Below are positions 1 to 13,777 of a stretch of 64,000 nucleotides of DNA, one piece after another. The notes beneath the pieces are model-generated. The model saw nothing but the letters and a program-made list of their open reading frames with translations. It was not told the DNA's origin and did no database searches. The translations under genes and the position numbers were made by a program. Origin of the DNA: Octopus vulgaris (taxonomy: Eukaryota); assembly GCA_951406725.2 (NCBI GenBank), contig OX597815.1, positions 18,972,001-19,036,000 of the forward strand. Direction: 5' to 3'. Numbering within the stretch: the first letter of the stretch is position 1; each line of letters begins with the position of its first letter.

Positions 1-1
1 A

Positions 2-1179
2 GCACCCCCCAAGTCTCCGCTCCACCAACTGGCACCACAACAACATAAACAACACCAATTATCCGATAACCGATCCCAACAGAAACGTCAACAACGCCGC
101 CAGGCTCCGCCACCGCCCACCTCACAACGGCAAATTAGCAATCAGACCTCACCGAAGTATCAACAACAACAACAAAACCAAGACCATAAACAACAACAAA
201 AACAAAAACCACAACCTCTGCAAGATTTGCATAACAATAAAAACAGCAAAATTATCGAAACTCAAAATCATCACACCCGACCCCACCCCAATCCCCATCA
301 CAACAGCCAGACCAATCACATCCCCACCACCACCACCACCGAGCCACAACATATCAACCATCAAAATCACAACCACCATAACATCCAGCAATCGGCATCC
401 CAAGTACAAAGACACCACACGCCAGCTAGTACCACTGACACCATTATTTCAGACACACCCACACGTAGTAGCGGCCTGGAAAGCTTTCAGCTCCTACAAC
501 CTTCCCCTACGGGCCAACAGCACCTCCTCACTTCCCCCACAACACCCATTACTGGGTCACCACATTTACTCTATCACCATCAACCTTCACCTTTACCATC
601 TGCCACTTCGTCAGCTGGAGACTTCCCACCCAACGGCACCGCCACCGGGGTCGCCAGTACCTCCCCGCCCAATCATAACAACAACAAGAATAGCAAAAAT
701 AAAAACAATAACAATAACAATAACAACAACAACAATAACAATAACAAAAAATTATCGGGATCAACTACCTCTGTTACTGCTACAACACCAACCGTAACAA
801 TAACAACAACAAACCAAAAACACCCCCAACCTATCTATCACCACCCTCAACGCCCTCCTCAACCCAACCATTCCCACTTAAATTTACAACAAACAAATAA
901 AGTAGGTCCCCCTGTTCAAAGTTTAACTTCCGGATCCATCAAGGACGCGAGAACTCAAAAGACATCTACGACAACAGGACACATATGTAGCGGTAGTTAT
1001 GATATGTGTTCAATGGGAAAGAGTAGGTCTCTGAACCGAAAACTACCCTCAAAACCATCTTTGGACGACGATATTACGGTTCTGGAAGAAATCCCGGTGG
1101 TAGCCCTACCGCGTAAGGACGAATCATCCAAGAGAGTCACCATTTCAACCCCAAAGGCGTTTGACACATCAAATAAAAG
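2..1179 (+). CDS. 3' part of a large coding exon of an unidentified host gene (Q/H/P/T/S/N-rich disordered region ending in a unique segment ...MGKSRSLNRKLPSKPSLDDDITVLEEIPVVALPRKDESSKRVTISTPKAFDTSNK); 5' end lies outside the window
   Basis: The frame of ORF 227..1408 is open back to position 2 (APPKSPLHQLAPQQ...). GC is higher than the flanks and the poly-N tract uses mixed AAC/AAT codons. A donor AAAAG|GTGGGC at 1179/1180 (phase 2) is followed by (TA/TG)n intronic sequence. Confidence 0.75.
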
Positions 1180-2198
1180 GTGGGCTTTAACATTGATGTA
1201 TCAGCATTCAGTATGCACAAACATATATATTTGTGCACATAGTATGCCTGTATATATATATGTGTATATATATGTATATATGTATATATATATGTGTGTA
1301 TATATGTATATATATATATATGTGTTTTCATATATATATACACACATATATATATATATATACATACATAACATATTATATATTATATACATTTATGTCA
1401 GTAGATAGAAATAGATGTTATATTCGTGTATGTGTGAGTATTATGAATGAGTAAACGTTAAAATGCATATGTTCCAACTTAGTTTAATGCACAACGAAGC
1501 ATATCTCATAAATGTTTGTGTAAAAGTAAGTTTTATCAGTGTATATAATGATGAAATACATTGGTCATTATCCTCATGTCATTATTTATATCCACACGTT
1601 AATATGTCACTCAAATACTATATAATTCATCCCGGTTGACAGTTCCTGAAGTAAGGCTTCCGGTTGGACAAAATACAAAACAAGATTTTCTTAAGTATTT
1701 CAATGTGTCCCTATCCCATCTATATTTTCATCAAAAATTCATTTTACAATAATGATATTTTAGTAACTGGCGTGAGTTATGAATGCAGAATTGTGTATAG
1801 AAATGCAAATGTGCAAACATATATATATGTCCTTATTCATGTGTGTTTGAGAGAAAGCACGTAGGCATTCGTGGTTACACATAGAACGAATTTCCCGCCA
1901 GACAACATTAGTTGAGTGTTGACACCAACAATAAAATCGTCTACTCCATGGTAGCAGGCTTGTTATCTGAAATGCAGATATCAATCAAATTTAGCGAAAA
2001 CACCAACATGTCATGATATACAAATGGTGTTTTTCATCGAAAATATACTTCAGAGTATGTGTGACCACGTGGTGTATATAGTTTGATACTGTAAGCTTAA
2101 TGGAGTACTTAAAACTCCAGTTACTAAATACTGCATATGCTTGCTTCAGTTGAAAAAGCCTTGATGAGATCTTAAGCTCATATATACATACATAATAC

Positions 2199-2259
<61 letters not shown>

Positions 2260-2518
2260 CATGCATGTATGTATATGAGAGATACTAGGATATATATATG
2301 TGTGTGAATTTATGCATGTATATATACATATATGTATGTGTGCGCTCGCAATTGTGTATAGAGGCAACTAATTTAGAGATGGCATGGACCAATACTGGCG
2401 GGAACGTATCTAACTTTATTTAAGCGTGTATATGTCCGTGTCTGTGCATCTGTGGTTTTGTGTCTGCGTATAATTAGATAGATAAATAGATAGAAAGCTA
2501 TGAATGTGCGTAAATACG

Positions 2519-2560
<42 letters not shown>

Positions 2561-2734
2561 TGTGTAAATATATATAGCTGTATGTATGTGTGCATGTATA
2601 TATATATATATGTATGTATATATATGTGTATATATGTGCGTGTGTGTGTGTAGTGTGTATACACGCAAACACATATATGCAAATAAATAAGCATGTCTGA
2701 ATGTATCTGTGGTAACCATATATAAATCAGCAAC

Positions 2735-2975
2735 GTCACCAGCACCACTACCACCACCACCAACGCCTCTACCCCAAACATCACCACCATCACCACCACC
2801 ACCACCACCACCTCCACCATCAGCACTAACCTCGCCACCGTCACTGCCACCACCATCACCGCGGCTACCATTTATCATCACCATCGCTATCATTGCTGTC
2901 ATATATCGCCATCGTCGCTGCCATCATCATAATCATGTCCCCAATCACCATCAACCATCAGCTATCACCAGCATG
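2735..2975. repeat. (CAC/CAT)n degenerate trinucleotide microsatellite
   Basis: Runs of ccaccaccacc and catcatcat; source of the spurious poly-P/G/V ORFs. Confidence 0.85.
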
Positions 2976-3627
2976 ATTCGTACAGGATTCACACACAGGA
3001 ACCGTGTTTGGCTTGGCTTTCAGTTATAATTTGGAATGATCCCTCACGACATTAATGACAAAACGAAAACTCGACCAGAAAGAACAGTTTCCTGATTGCT
3101 GAAGTATAATATATAGGAGAGTTGGAGTTAATTATTTTCATAACATTTATATACGGAAACAACCGAATGACATGTTGTTATGATTTTCATACGTCGACGT
3201 CCTTCAATAAATTGAAATCTGTCAACGACTGTTAATTTCCTGCGAGAAGAGATAAAGATTTGATTAGTGAAACAAGTCTGAGGGGTTTTGCATTTCATCA
3301 ATATCATTTTCGTTGTGTTATTTTTTTTCATATATATATATAAAATTTTTCATTTTCAAGCAATTTCAAACAGATTAAACATATGACCAAACAGACACCA
3401 GCTGTTTGATCATATGTCGATACACACCGTTCATCTGGAGATACACACATGCTCACACATACATTTTCATACCTACTGTTTGTTCGTGTGCATGGTGTAA
3501 CACGCCAAAGATTTTTGTGCATTTCATTCATGGAAACATACCAAAGCACAAATAGACAAATATCCATACAGGGACACGTAAACACACACACACCTACATG
3601 CAATATATATATATATATATATATATC

Positions 3628-4029
3628 TTTCTCTTTCTCTTTTACTTGTTTCAGTCATTTGACTGCGGTCATGCTGGAGCACCGCCTTTAGTCGAGCAAA
3701 TCGACCCCGGGACTTATTCTTTTTGTAAGCCTAGTACTTATTCTATCGGTCTCTTTTGCCGAACCGCTAAGTAACGGGGACATAAACACACCAGCATCGG
3801 TTGTCAAGCAATGCTAGGGGGACAAACACAGACACACAGACACACACACGCATATATATATACATATATACGACGGGCTTCTTTCAGTTTCCGTCTACCA
3901 AATCCACTCACAAGGCTTTGGTTGGCCCGAGGCTATAGTAGAAGACACTTGCCCAAGGTGCCACGCAGTGGGACTGAACCCGGAACCATGTGGTTGGTAA
4001 ACAAGCTACTTGCCACACAGCCACTCCTG
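3628..4029 (-). mobile_element. tRNA-derived SINE family A (CORE-like, ~400 bp), full length
   Basis: Reverse complement reads aggagtggctgtgtgg...ggttcagtccc (A/B boxes), then CORE-like ccttgggcaagtgtctt and tail gcagtcaaatgactgaaacaagtaaaaga; many copies in the window. Confidence 0.92.
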
Positions 4030-4139
4030 ATATATATACATTTTTATAAAGAAAGTATAAGATTGTTATTAAATATCGATGTAATCATGTGGCCAGGATG
4101 GGAATAAAAAAACCTTCAAAGGTAATAATTATTATTAAA

Positions 4140-4583
4140 ATTATAATTTATGGTATCTAAAAGATACCACCACGCTGGAAATAGCAGTCAAAATTTGACT
4201 CTATGGTTAGATGACCCCACCGCTGCGGCCACGCTCTCAGGTGGTACTGGCAGGGAAGCTCTACTCCTTAACAGATGGCGCTGTCCACCTCAATACACCG
4301 ACACCCCGGGGTCCCCTTCGTCTAAAATTTGGCCAGCACGGGTGTTGGGACCAGGTCTTGGGGAGGTGGCTGCCGTCACCGAAAGACGCCATGACAACGA
4401 CCTTACCTAAACGCCCGGTGTATTTGGGTGGGACGGTGCCATCGAGGTCGCCAGGTAGCTGTACTGTCCCTGGATCGATGTCGGTGCGGATCCGTGGCAA
4501 CGAACATTTAATGTGGTTTTATAGTCAAGTTTGGGCTGCTATTTCCAGCGTGGTGGTATATTTTAGATACTGTAAATTATAAT
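4140..4583. mobile_element. GC-rich foldback/MITE-like element with ~62-bp terminal inverted repeats
   Basis: attataatttatggtatctaaaagataccaccacgctggaaatagcagtcaaaatttgact (4140-4200) is inverted at 4522-4583. An internal inverted match also exists (atggcgctgtccacctcaatacaccg vs cggtgtatttgggtgggacggtgccat). Abuts (TA)n. Confidence 0.8.
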
Positions 4584-4626
<43 letters not shown>

Positions 4627-5940
4627 AATGTACATGAGGATCCAGCTATATACGAGTGATTAAGGGGTTTACTTCACACACACGAAGAAATTTATGAATG
4701 GAAGCTTATTGAAAGAGTTTCACTCAAAGTTTAGGCCTTGTCACACATGGTGCCTCGCTCATTTTGGTTTTCAGTTTGCTACACGTGTCTTGAATACTAA
4801 ACCAATTAGGCGTTTATTTAACAATTAGGTGGTCAGGTTGATCCGTTTGAATACCCGGCGACGAAACTGTTGGTGGGTTCTACACATTATACACACATGT
4901 ACCTATATACATATATATGCATGTATGTATATATACAGGATTACCAATTAAGCGCGTGTTTCGGGCACTTTGAGAAATCAGAACCATCTAGTTTTTTTGG
5001 GTTTTTTTCCACTTTCGGAATTTCTATGATGAAAATGATGATGCTGACTCAGAATCCAGCCAAAAGGCAAAAAAAAAAAAGGGTCCACATCAAATCAAGA
5101 AAAAAGTTCTAAATAATGATAACATTACTACTACTATTTTTACATAATAAAATATTATTAACAATAACAAAGAAATAAACATAAATGAATAATGCTCTTA
5201 ATATTATTACAGTATTTGACATTTGAATGGGTGATGATACAAATAGGGAAACTAATATGGGCTACACAGTGTAATTGAAATGGCTCCTCGTGCTACCTAT
5301 CAATGTCTAATGTGTGACAGTCACAACCAGTAGAAGTATGCATTAGTCTATAAATTGGGCAGGCTACTTTAAGGGTCCTAAACAACAGAGTACTGTAAAA
5401 TGCATTTGACATTTATACATCAAAAGTCACAAGTAGCTCTAAAACATATATTACATTGTCATCGTTCTTATATATATATGTATCTATGTATATATGTATG
5501 TATGCATGTATGTATGTATGTATGTATGTATGTATGTATGTATGTATGTATGTATCTATGTATGTATGCATGTATGTATTAATGTTTGGAGTATTACTCC
5601 AAACACTCGGTTGAGCACAAATTTCTTATTTTTCTTTAACAAAAAGAGTATTAACAGTAACTTCGAAGTTTCGGCCTGCTAAGCCATCATGTGTGTATAC
5701 ATCTGTGCGTCTGTAACTCTGCCTGTGTGTGTGTGTGTGTACGCAGGCACTCACACACGCACATACACACAGACAGAGTGCTGGGGTCGATGACCGTTGT
5801 CCGATGATGAAACAAGTAAATTATAAAAGATAACACATTCATATATACATATGTGTATGTATGTATGTATGTATGTATGTATGTATGTATGTATGTATGT
5901 ATGTATGTATGTATGTATGTATGTATGCACGTATGCATGT

Positions 5941-6097
5941 ATTTTCTCTCCCTGTTTATTTTTGTGTTCCTGTCTGTCGAAGAGCGTAGGCTCGAAACGT
6001 AAACCACTTTCTCACGTCCCGAGCATTAAACTAATACATTTGTCTGTTGTTTACACACCCGTCCCCGTCTATTGTTTTTTTCTGTAAATCCTAACTA
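5941..6097 (+). mobile_element. Penelope-like pLTR fragment with degenerate hammerhead motif
   Basis: ctgtcga-a-gagc-gtag-gctc-gaaacgta at 5974-6001 (A6 mutated), then a pyrimidine-rich tail similar to 50930-51020; embedded in (TATG)n. Confidence 0.55.
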
Positions 6098-6190
6098 TGT
6101 ATGTATGTATGTATGTACGTATGTATGTATGTATGTATGTATGTATGTATGTATGTATGTATGTATGTATGTATGTATGTATGTATGCAC

Positions 6191-6249
<59 letters not shown>

Positions 6250-6753
6250 AAGAGAGAAAGTGAGATTGACAATGACATATATATACAGATATACATATAT
6301 AATCATTAACTACAGCGATCTATGTAAACTAAAGATAATAATTATGTATAACCTAACTTTATACATACTTATTTGGATCTGGGGAAATATGTGAGAAAAA
6401 ATGGACTACATTGTTATTATAAACTATCGGGGTTTGTTATAAGTATATGTAAATATTCCTACACTATATGGTTCTTTACAGAACATACAAATATACATAC
6501 ATGCATATATATATATGTGTGTGTGTGTATGTGTGCTTGCATGTATACATACATATACACATACATATTTCCATCTGTCTATATACATACACACACACAG
6601 ACACATATATATACATATGCACATAAATGCATATATATACCCATATGCTTATATATATGCATACTACGTGCATGTAGACAGATATGCAGAAAAATAGACC
6701 GATAGCCAGCTAGCTACCTAGATAGATAGACAGACAGATAGATAGATAGATAC

Positions 6754-6840
<87 letters not shown>

Positions 6841-7099
6841 TTATATAGATATTAGATAGATAGATTGATAGACACAAATATGCTAGCGTCTATACAATGT
6901 ATGAAATGATGTACGCTTATTTTCATTTCATACAATAGTATATAGCTGTTATACACCATTATCCGTTTGCATCCGTAAGCAAAATAAAAACAAAGGTGCA
7001 GCAAAATATAAAGGATGAGAAAGCAAATGAATTAAAATGTGTCTGTGTGTGGAGGGGGTGATGACTGTGCATGAACTCGACTGTCCGTGTGCATTTGTC

Positions 7100-7130
<31 letters not shown>

Positions 7131-7241
7131 GCTTCTCTATACACACACACATAGGTTGTCTGTGCACATCAATATGCATACGAATACAAATGTGTGAAAA
7201 CATACATCCACACATACACATGTACACATATATACATACAC

Positions 7242-7276
<35 letters not shown>

Positions 7277-7400
7277 AAGCAATAAGAGAGGATCCACTAT
7301 GTGGACGCTCTAACGCTAGACTTTAATTTATATATATATATATATATATATATGTATTCATACACATATACATGCATGTGTATACATCACACGCACACAT

Positions 7401-7473
<73 letters not shown>

Positions 7474-8290
7474 TATTATATATATATATATTATATATAT
7501 GTAGCCAGATTTTGTTTCTACATATTTTGTATTTTACCCAAATTTAGGCATTTGCCCCAAAAGCATAAATATATATATATATATTTTTGATAAATGAAAA
7601 TTCGTTCGTGGTTCTGTCTCTTTTCAATGAAGATCACGACACTCGCTTCCTGGATATAGACACTTAACTTACTTCATATACAAATCTAATGTTAAATGCT
7701 AAACTGTACAGTATAACATCTCTTCCTACACCCACGCTAAAAAAATCTGAGTCTACACAACAATGGGAGAAATCTATATTACAAATTGTTCCAGTTGTTA
7801 CTATAGCCATCCATATATCTATTGATTGGTACTCTACTAATACATCTACATGTGTATAAATTTCTATAGTTTTCACAGTCAGGCGATCAATATAAACACA
7901 TAAACATACGCACGCGCAGGCACACATATACCTGTGAAAACGCGTCGATAGTTATATATGAGTTTGGTTATAATGTGTATATAAGTATGTGTCTGTGTGT
8001 TTTGTAAGAATACAATGTTGAACCTAACATTGATAATATGTAAGTGGACATACATAGCAGTAGCTAAATGCTCGCTTCTGTGTTTGTGTGTGTAAACGCA
8101 TGCATCTGTATGTATAAATATGATATGATATAATACATTACTATATATACCATGTGTGTACCAAACTATCTGTCTGGCTCTCTCTCTATCTCTATCTGTC
8201 TGTCTATTTAGCATTTCTCTCTCTTTGCCCCTCTCACTCTCTTCCCCTCACACCCTCTCCCTATTTATATAACTATGTATATATATATAT

Positions 8291-8345
<55 letters not shown>

Positions 8346-9396
8346 AATATTTGTATGTATGGATATGCATATTTATATATATGTATATATATATTTATTG
8401 ACATATATGCGTAAAAACATACATGCATATATATATATATATATATACACATACAAATATATATATATATACATACAAATATATATATATATATATACAC
8501 ACAAATATATATATATATACAAACACACACATACACACGCACAAAAGCGCGCGCGCGGGCACACACACAAGCACGTATCATCAAAATCTATTAAAATCAA
8601 TGTTGTCCATTTGTTAGTGTTTTGGAGGAATGTTAGAGATGTTATCAGTTGAAGGAATCTGAATAACCAAACCCAGCACGCGATACGTACTAAGCACGCG
8701 CTACATACAGCAAAACATTTGACCCAAAGACGGAACATCTATGTCCTTGGCTAGCAACAGAAATGCTAGAAGTCGTAGCCAAATTCCCTTAAACCAACAA
8801 TAATGTAATGCGAATTAAGCAAAGGGTACATTATCTAAGGACATCTTAGATATACTTAAAAAGACAGTTTGGGATACATTTGACTGCAGTTCTGCTCATT
8901 CCGGGTTGACCGGGTGCTAAACAAGAGCATATCTTAAGGAAAAGAATATATATTATCAGTTACTCTGCAATAAATCAATTATTTATTGTTTTCTTAGTGG
9001 TTCCTATCGGGTAAGAAATATATAAGTATGAGTCTTGCATACGTACACACACATGCTTGTATATGTGTTTATATATTTATATATATATATAAATATAAAT
9101 ATATATATGTACATATATATATGCATATATGCACATATGCACATAATATATATGTATAAACGTGCCTATGTTTATAAATGTGAAAATATATACATCTATA
9201 TGCTTATATAGATATAGATATATATATATGTATACATACATATATATAGATATATGTATATATATGTATATATATATATGCATGTATATATATATATGTA
9301 TACATATATACCTTTAGAGATGTGTGTGCATGTTTGTGTGTATATAAAACTTGCATATGTGTTTGTAAACACATATCTATATGTCAATATATACGT

Positions 9397-9434
<38 letters not shown>

Positions 9435-9689
9435 TGTGTATACATCTATGTGTATATATGTGCATCTATATTCATACATATCTGTGTCTACGTGTGTGTA
9501 GGAGTATGTTATCGTACATATATTCATGTATTTATTTTTCCATGCAAGCAAAATGTATTGCTTAGAAAATAACAACAAACTGAAAAATGAAACGTTATAT
9601 AAATATTAGAAAAGAAAACGGTTAGAACTGAAACATTGCTTAAGAAAAATAATCAGTCAGAATGGTAATGCCAGTAACATTAATAGGTA

Positions 9690-10050
9690 TAAGAACATAT
9701 GAAACGCAGAAAAAAGTTCTGCCAAAGTTTTCTTCTTTCTTGAATACCTTGTTCGTTTCGTTTCTTTGCTTCACTTTGTTCGTGCTGTTTCTTTGCTTCG
9801 CGAGTTAACCGCTTTCTTGCTTCTTCAACCATGTTTAGATGTAGTTTTGTATTCATACCAGCTGTTATTTCTATTGGCTTGAATTGTGAAGCACACCTCA
9901 CCAAGCAACTGATCTTTTGCCTTCTTAATAACTCTATTCAGTCACTTTCCTCTCTCCATCACTCTTTCTAAGAGTATCCTACATAGTTGTAGCAGAGTAG
10001 CATCGTTGTTGCCAAGGGAAACTTTCAGCAAATTATTCTGCTAGATTTTT
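9690..10050 (-). pseudogene. Possible degenerate DNA-transposon (hAT-like) transposase C-terminal remnant
   Basis: Minus-strand peptide PIEITAGM...MVEEARKRLTREAKKQHEQSEAKKR resembles the IT..M...V..AR coiled-coil tail seen in some hAT-like transposases; broken frame, no catalytic motif seen. Confidence 0.3.
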
Positions 10051-11160
10051 CTCTAAAAGTCTTGCACTAATTCCTACCTTCTACTTTCATATTCGTTTTC
10101 TTTTTGGCAGTCTTTACCTGTTTGTTTTGATTTGATTTGATGCATTCACTTCTCAGATATAATTTGGTTATAATATTTCTCTATCTTTTTACATTTAGTG
10201 TAGTCATGGAATCTCTTACATCATCTTTATGTCATCTATGTAATTATACTTTCTTCGCAAATCTACTTCTTTTGTACTCTGTTGTTATCACAATCAGTCA
10301 ATGTTTCCACAAATATTTTAGACCTTCTTACTTAAGCAACCTCAAATTCTTTAGATAAGAGTACATGCAAGCAAAGTATAGTGATGACTGTCATATTCTT
10401 ATATTCTTCAATCTAGTTTATTATCTTCGTATATCATTCAATCCTTTACACTGTTTCGATTGAATTGTGCAATGCATTAAATTATATTGCGTTTCTTCTC
10501 TTCAGCGACCTCACGATGCCGTCCATGGTATTAAATGACAATACACATCATTATATCAGTTATATATTATATGGCAATATAAGAAACCTGATGATAACAC
10601 ATCACTCTTAGTGACACCATGCATGACATCAATGTATAACTCATTTAACGGACATTGCAATAACACGTCATCACATTATGCCATCATGACACCATATTCC
10701 ATTATGTAAGGCATCATCTAATATACTTATAATTTCATAGTCAACGATAAATAGTAGGGATCATTTAGATGGCAATATTAGACCATATCTAAGGAGCTGC
10801 ATAAAAATATTGTTTGAACGGTACTACTATTTCAGACATCTTACAGTGCCTCAAAAAAATCATGTACAGAACATGATCTCATGTAAAGGATATATTGTAA
10901 CAACGATACTGGCTTCATTTCCGAAAGCCATATTCGCAAATATCTGTAGTTAGAAAGTGTGATTGGGTGATTGAAACTGCGATCTTTTGTTGCAATTGCA
11001 TTGCCTTTATTCTACAGAGAAATTTTGTATTTTTTATGCACATTTACTTCACAAATCTGTTAATGAGTTAATAAATTGTCTCCATGGTACAAGCATCATC
11101 TTAGATTATATAAAGGACATGAATAAAGTCTAAATAGAAAAGTTTTTATATAGAGTGCAT

Positions 11161-12890
11161 TGTAAAGTAAGTGGCTGGTCATGAAGTTACACTTTTAGAT
11201 TCGTGTTTGCACACTCATATATTTCAGATCCAGACAACTGTTAGACTTGTTATTGTAAAGTAAGAGGCTGGTCATCAAGTTAGACTTTTAGATTCGTGTT
11301 TGCACGGTCATATATTTCAGATCCAGACAACTGTTAGACTTGTTATTGTAAAGTAAGTGGCTGGTCATGAAGTTACACTTTTAGATTCGTGTTTGCACAC
11401 TCATATATTTCAGATCCAGACAACTGTTAGACTTGTTATTGTAAAGTAAGAGGCTGGTCATCAAGTTAGACTTTTAGATTCGTGTTTGCACACTCATATA
11501 TTTCAGATCCAGACAACTGTTGACTTGTTTTTGTTATTGTAAAGTAAGAGGCTGGTCATCAAGTTAGACTTTTAGATTCGTGTTTTCATACTCATATATT
11601 TCAGATCCAGACAACTGTTAGACTTGTTATTGTAAAGTAAGAGGCTGGTCATCAAGTTAGACTTTTAGATTCGTGTTTGCACACTCATATATTTCAGATC
11701 CAGACAACTGTTGACTTGTTTTTGTTATTGTAAAGTAAGAGGCTGGTCATCAAGTTAGACTTTTAGATTCGTGTTTTCATACTCATATATTTCAGATCCA
11801 GACAACTGTTAGACTTGTTATTGTAAAGTAAGAGGCTGGTCATCAAGTTAGACTTTTAGATTCGTGTTTGCACACTCATATATTTCAGATCCAGACAACT
11901 GTTGACTTGTTTTTGTTATTGTAAAGTAAGAGGCTGGTCATCAAGTTAGACTTTTAGATTCGTGTTTTCATACTCATATATTTCAGATCCAGACAACTGT
12001 TAGACTTGTTATTGTAAAGAAAGAGGCTGGTCATCAAGTTAGACTTTTAGATTCGTGTTTGCACACTCATATATTTCAGATCCAGACAACTGTTAGACTT
12101 GTTATTGTTATTGTAAAGTAAGTGGCTGGTCATCAAGTTAGACTTTTAGATTCGTGTTTGCACACTCATATATTTCAGATCCAGACAACTGTTAGACTTG
12201 TTATTGTTATTGTAAAGAAAGAGGCTGGTCATCAAGTTAGACTTTTAGATTCATGTTTGCACACTCACATATTTCAGATCCAGACAACTGTTAGACTTGT
12301 TTTTGTTATTGTAAAGTAAGAGGCTGGTCATCAAGTTAGGCTTTTAGATTCGTGTTTGCACACTCATATATTTCAGATCCAGACAACTGTTAGACTTGTT
12401 TTTGTTATTGTAAAGTAAGAGGCTGGTCATCAAGTTAGGCTTTTAGATTCGTGTTTGCACACTCACATATTTCAGATCCAGACAACTGTTAGACTTGTTA
12501 TTGTAAAGTAAGAGGCTGGTCATCAAGTTAGGCTTTTAGATTCGTGTTTGCACACTCACATATTTCAGATCCAGACAACTGTTAGACTTGTTTTTGTTAT
12601 TGTAAAGTAAGAGGCTGGTCATCAAGTTAGGCTTTTAGATTCGTGTTTGCACACTCATATATTTCAGATCCAGACAACTGTTAGACTTCTTATTGTAAAG
12701 TAAGAGGCTGGTCATCAAGTTAGGCTTTTAGATTCGTGTTTGCACACTCATATATTTCAAATCCAGACAACTGTTAGACTTGTTTTTGTTATTGTAAAGT
12801 AAGAGGCTGCTCATCCATCAAGTTAGACTTTAGATTCATGTTTGCACACTCACATATTTCAGATCTAGACAACTGTTAGAATTGTTTTTT
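11161..12890. repeat. Minisatellite, 18 units of 93/98/99 bp with dimeric higher-order structure
   Basis: Unit tgtaaagtaagaggctggtcatcaagttagacttttagattcgtgtttgcacactcatatatttcagatccagacaactgttagacttgttat; starts at 11161, 11254, 11347, 11440, 11538, 11631, 11729, 11822, 11920, 12013, 12112, 12211, 12310, 12409, 12502, 12601, 12694, 12793. Confidence 0.97.
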
Positions 12891-13777
12891 CTATTTGACA
12901 GAATACAGTAAAAGGATAATTTGGTTCCTATTATTTTAGAAGTAAAATGGGTGCTATTGATTCAGCAAATAGATGGGTGCGTCATTTCCAAATATTTTAG
13001 CTGCTATTAATATGGACACAACTAAAATGTGTTTCAGCACGTTCCATTAGGAATCTCTGTCAACAGTAGTAGAGATGGATGAAAGGTGTCCGTAACTATA
13101 TTCAATGGTCTTTTGCTCACTCCATGAGACATTCTAAGCCTTCATGAGAAGCTGATATACGCTCCAGCTTACAGTTCTTGATTCGAAGTCCTTGCTTTCT
13201 GAGACAGCACGGGTCTCCAATACGATATTAATGGGGTGTAGAGCATTATATGGTCTATATGGTATCCCTTAACTTATATGAAGACTCATTTATCTTTTAC
13301 ACCCATAATGTGTCTTTATTGGCAGTTGATTTCATAATCTGAATTATTAATTTTAATGTATACATAAGCGATAAAATTTATTTAAAAACATAGTACATAT
13401 TCAGAAACAACTATACCATGCATCTCTATTGAGGTATGAGTCATACCATTTCAGAGAATTGTGAGGCATTTCAAGGTGTCCTGTACGAATATTAAATTAA
13501 ACAGTAGTTTGGTACATTACATAGTTTATATATAATATAAAAGGATATAAGTCAGGAGCTGTAAATTACATGTATATGCTCATATGCTCATATAAATGCA
13601 AATATGTGTGTAACTATATTTGTGAGAATGTGTGTGAGTATGTGCCTGCGTTCTCGTTAAAAAGTACATCAGTCGTGTATATAACCTCTTAAGAAATACA
13701 AAGCAATTACTCCTACACTGCACAGTTTCATCTGGTTTTCAATTGGGAGACGTGGTAGACAACTGTCGTTACCTCTA

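Noticed and set aside
1180-1408. C-terminal extension of ORF 227..1408 (YIYVYIY...)
   Set aside because: Read-through past the GT donor into (TA/TG)n microsatellite.
2416-3029. Pro-rich, Gly-rich and Val-rich ORFs
   Set aside because: Translations of (CAC)n and (TG)n repeats.
11161-12890. Possible CRISPR array or coding repeat (93/99-bp units are multiples of 3)
   Set aside because: Units are near-identical with no unique spacers and no cas genes; stops recur in the frames checked and the 98-bp units shift the frame.
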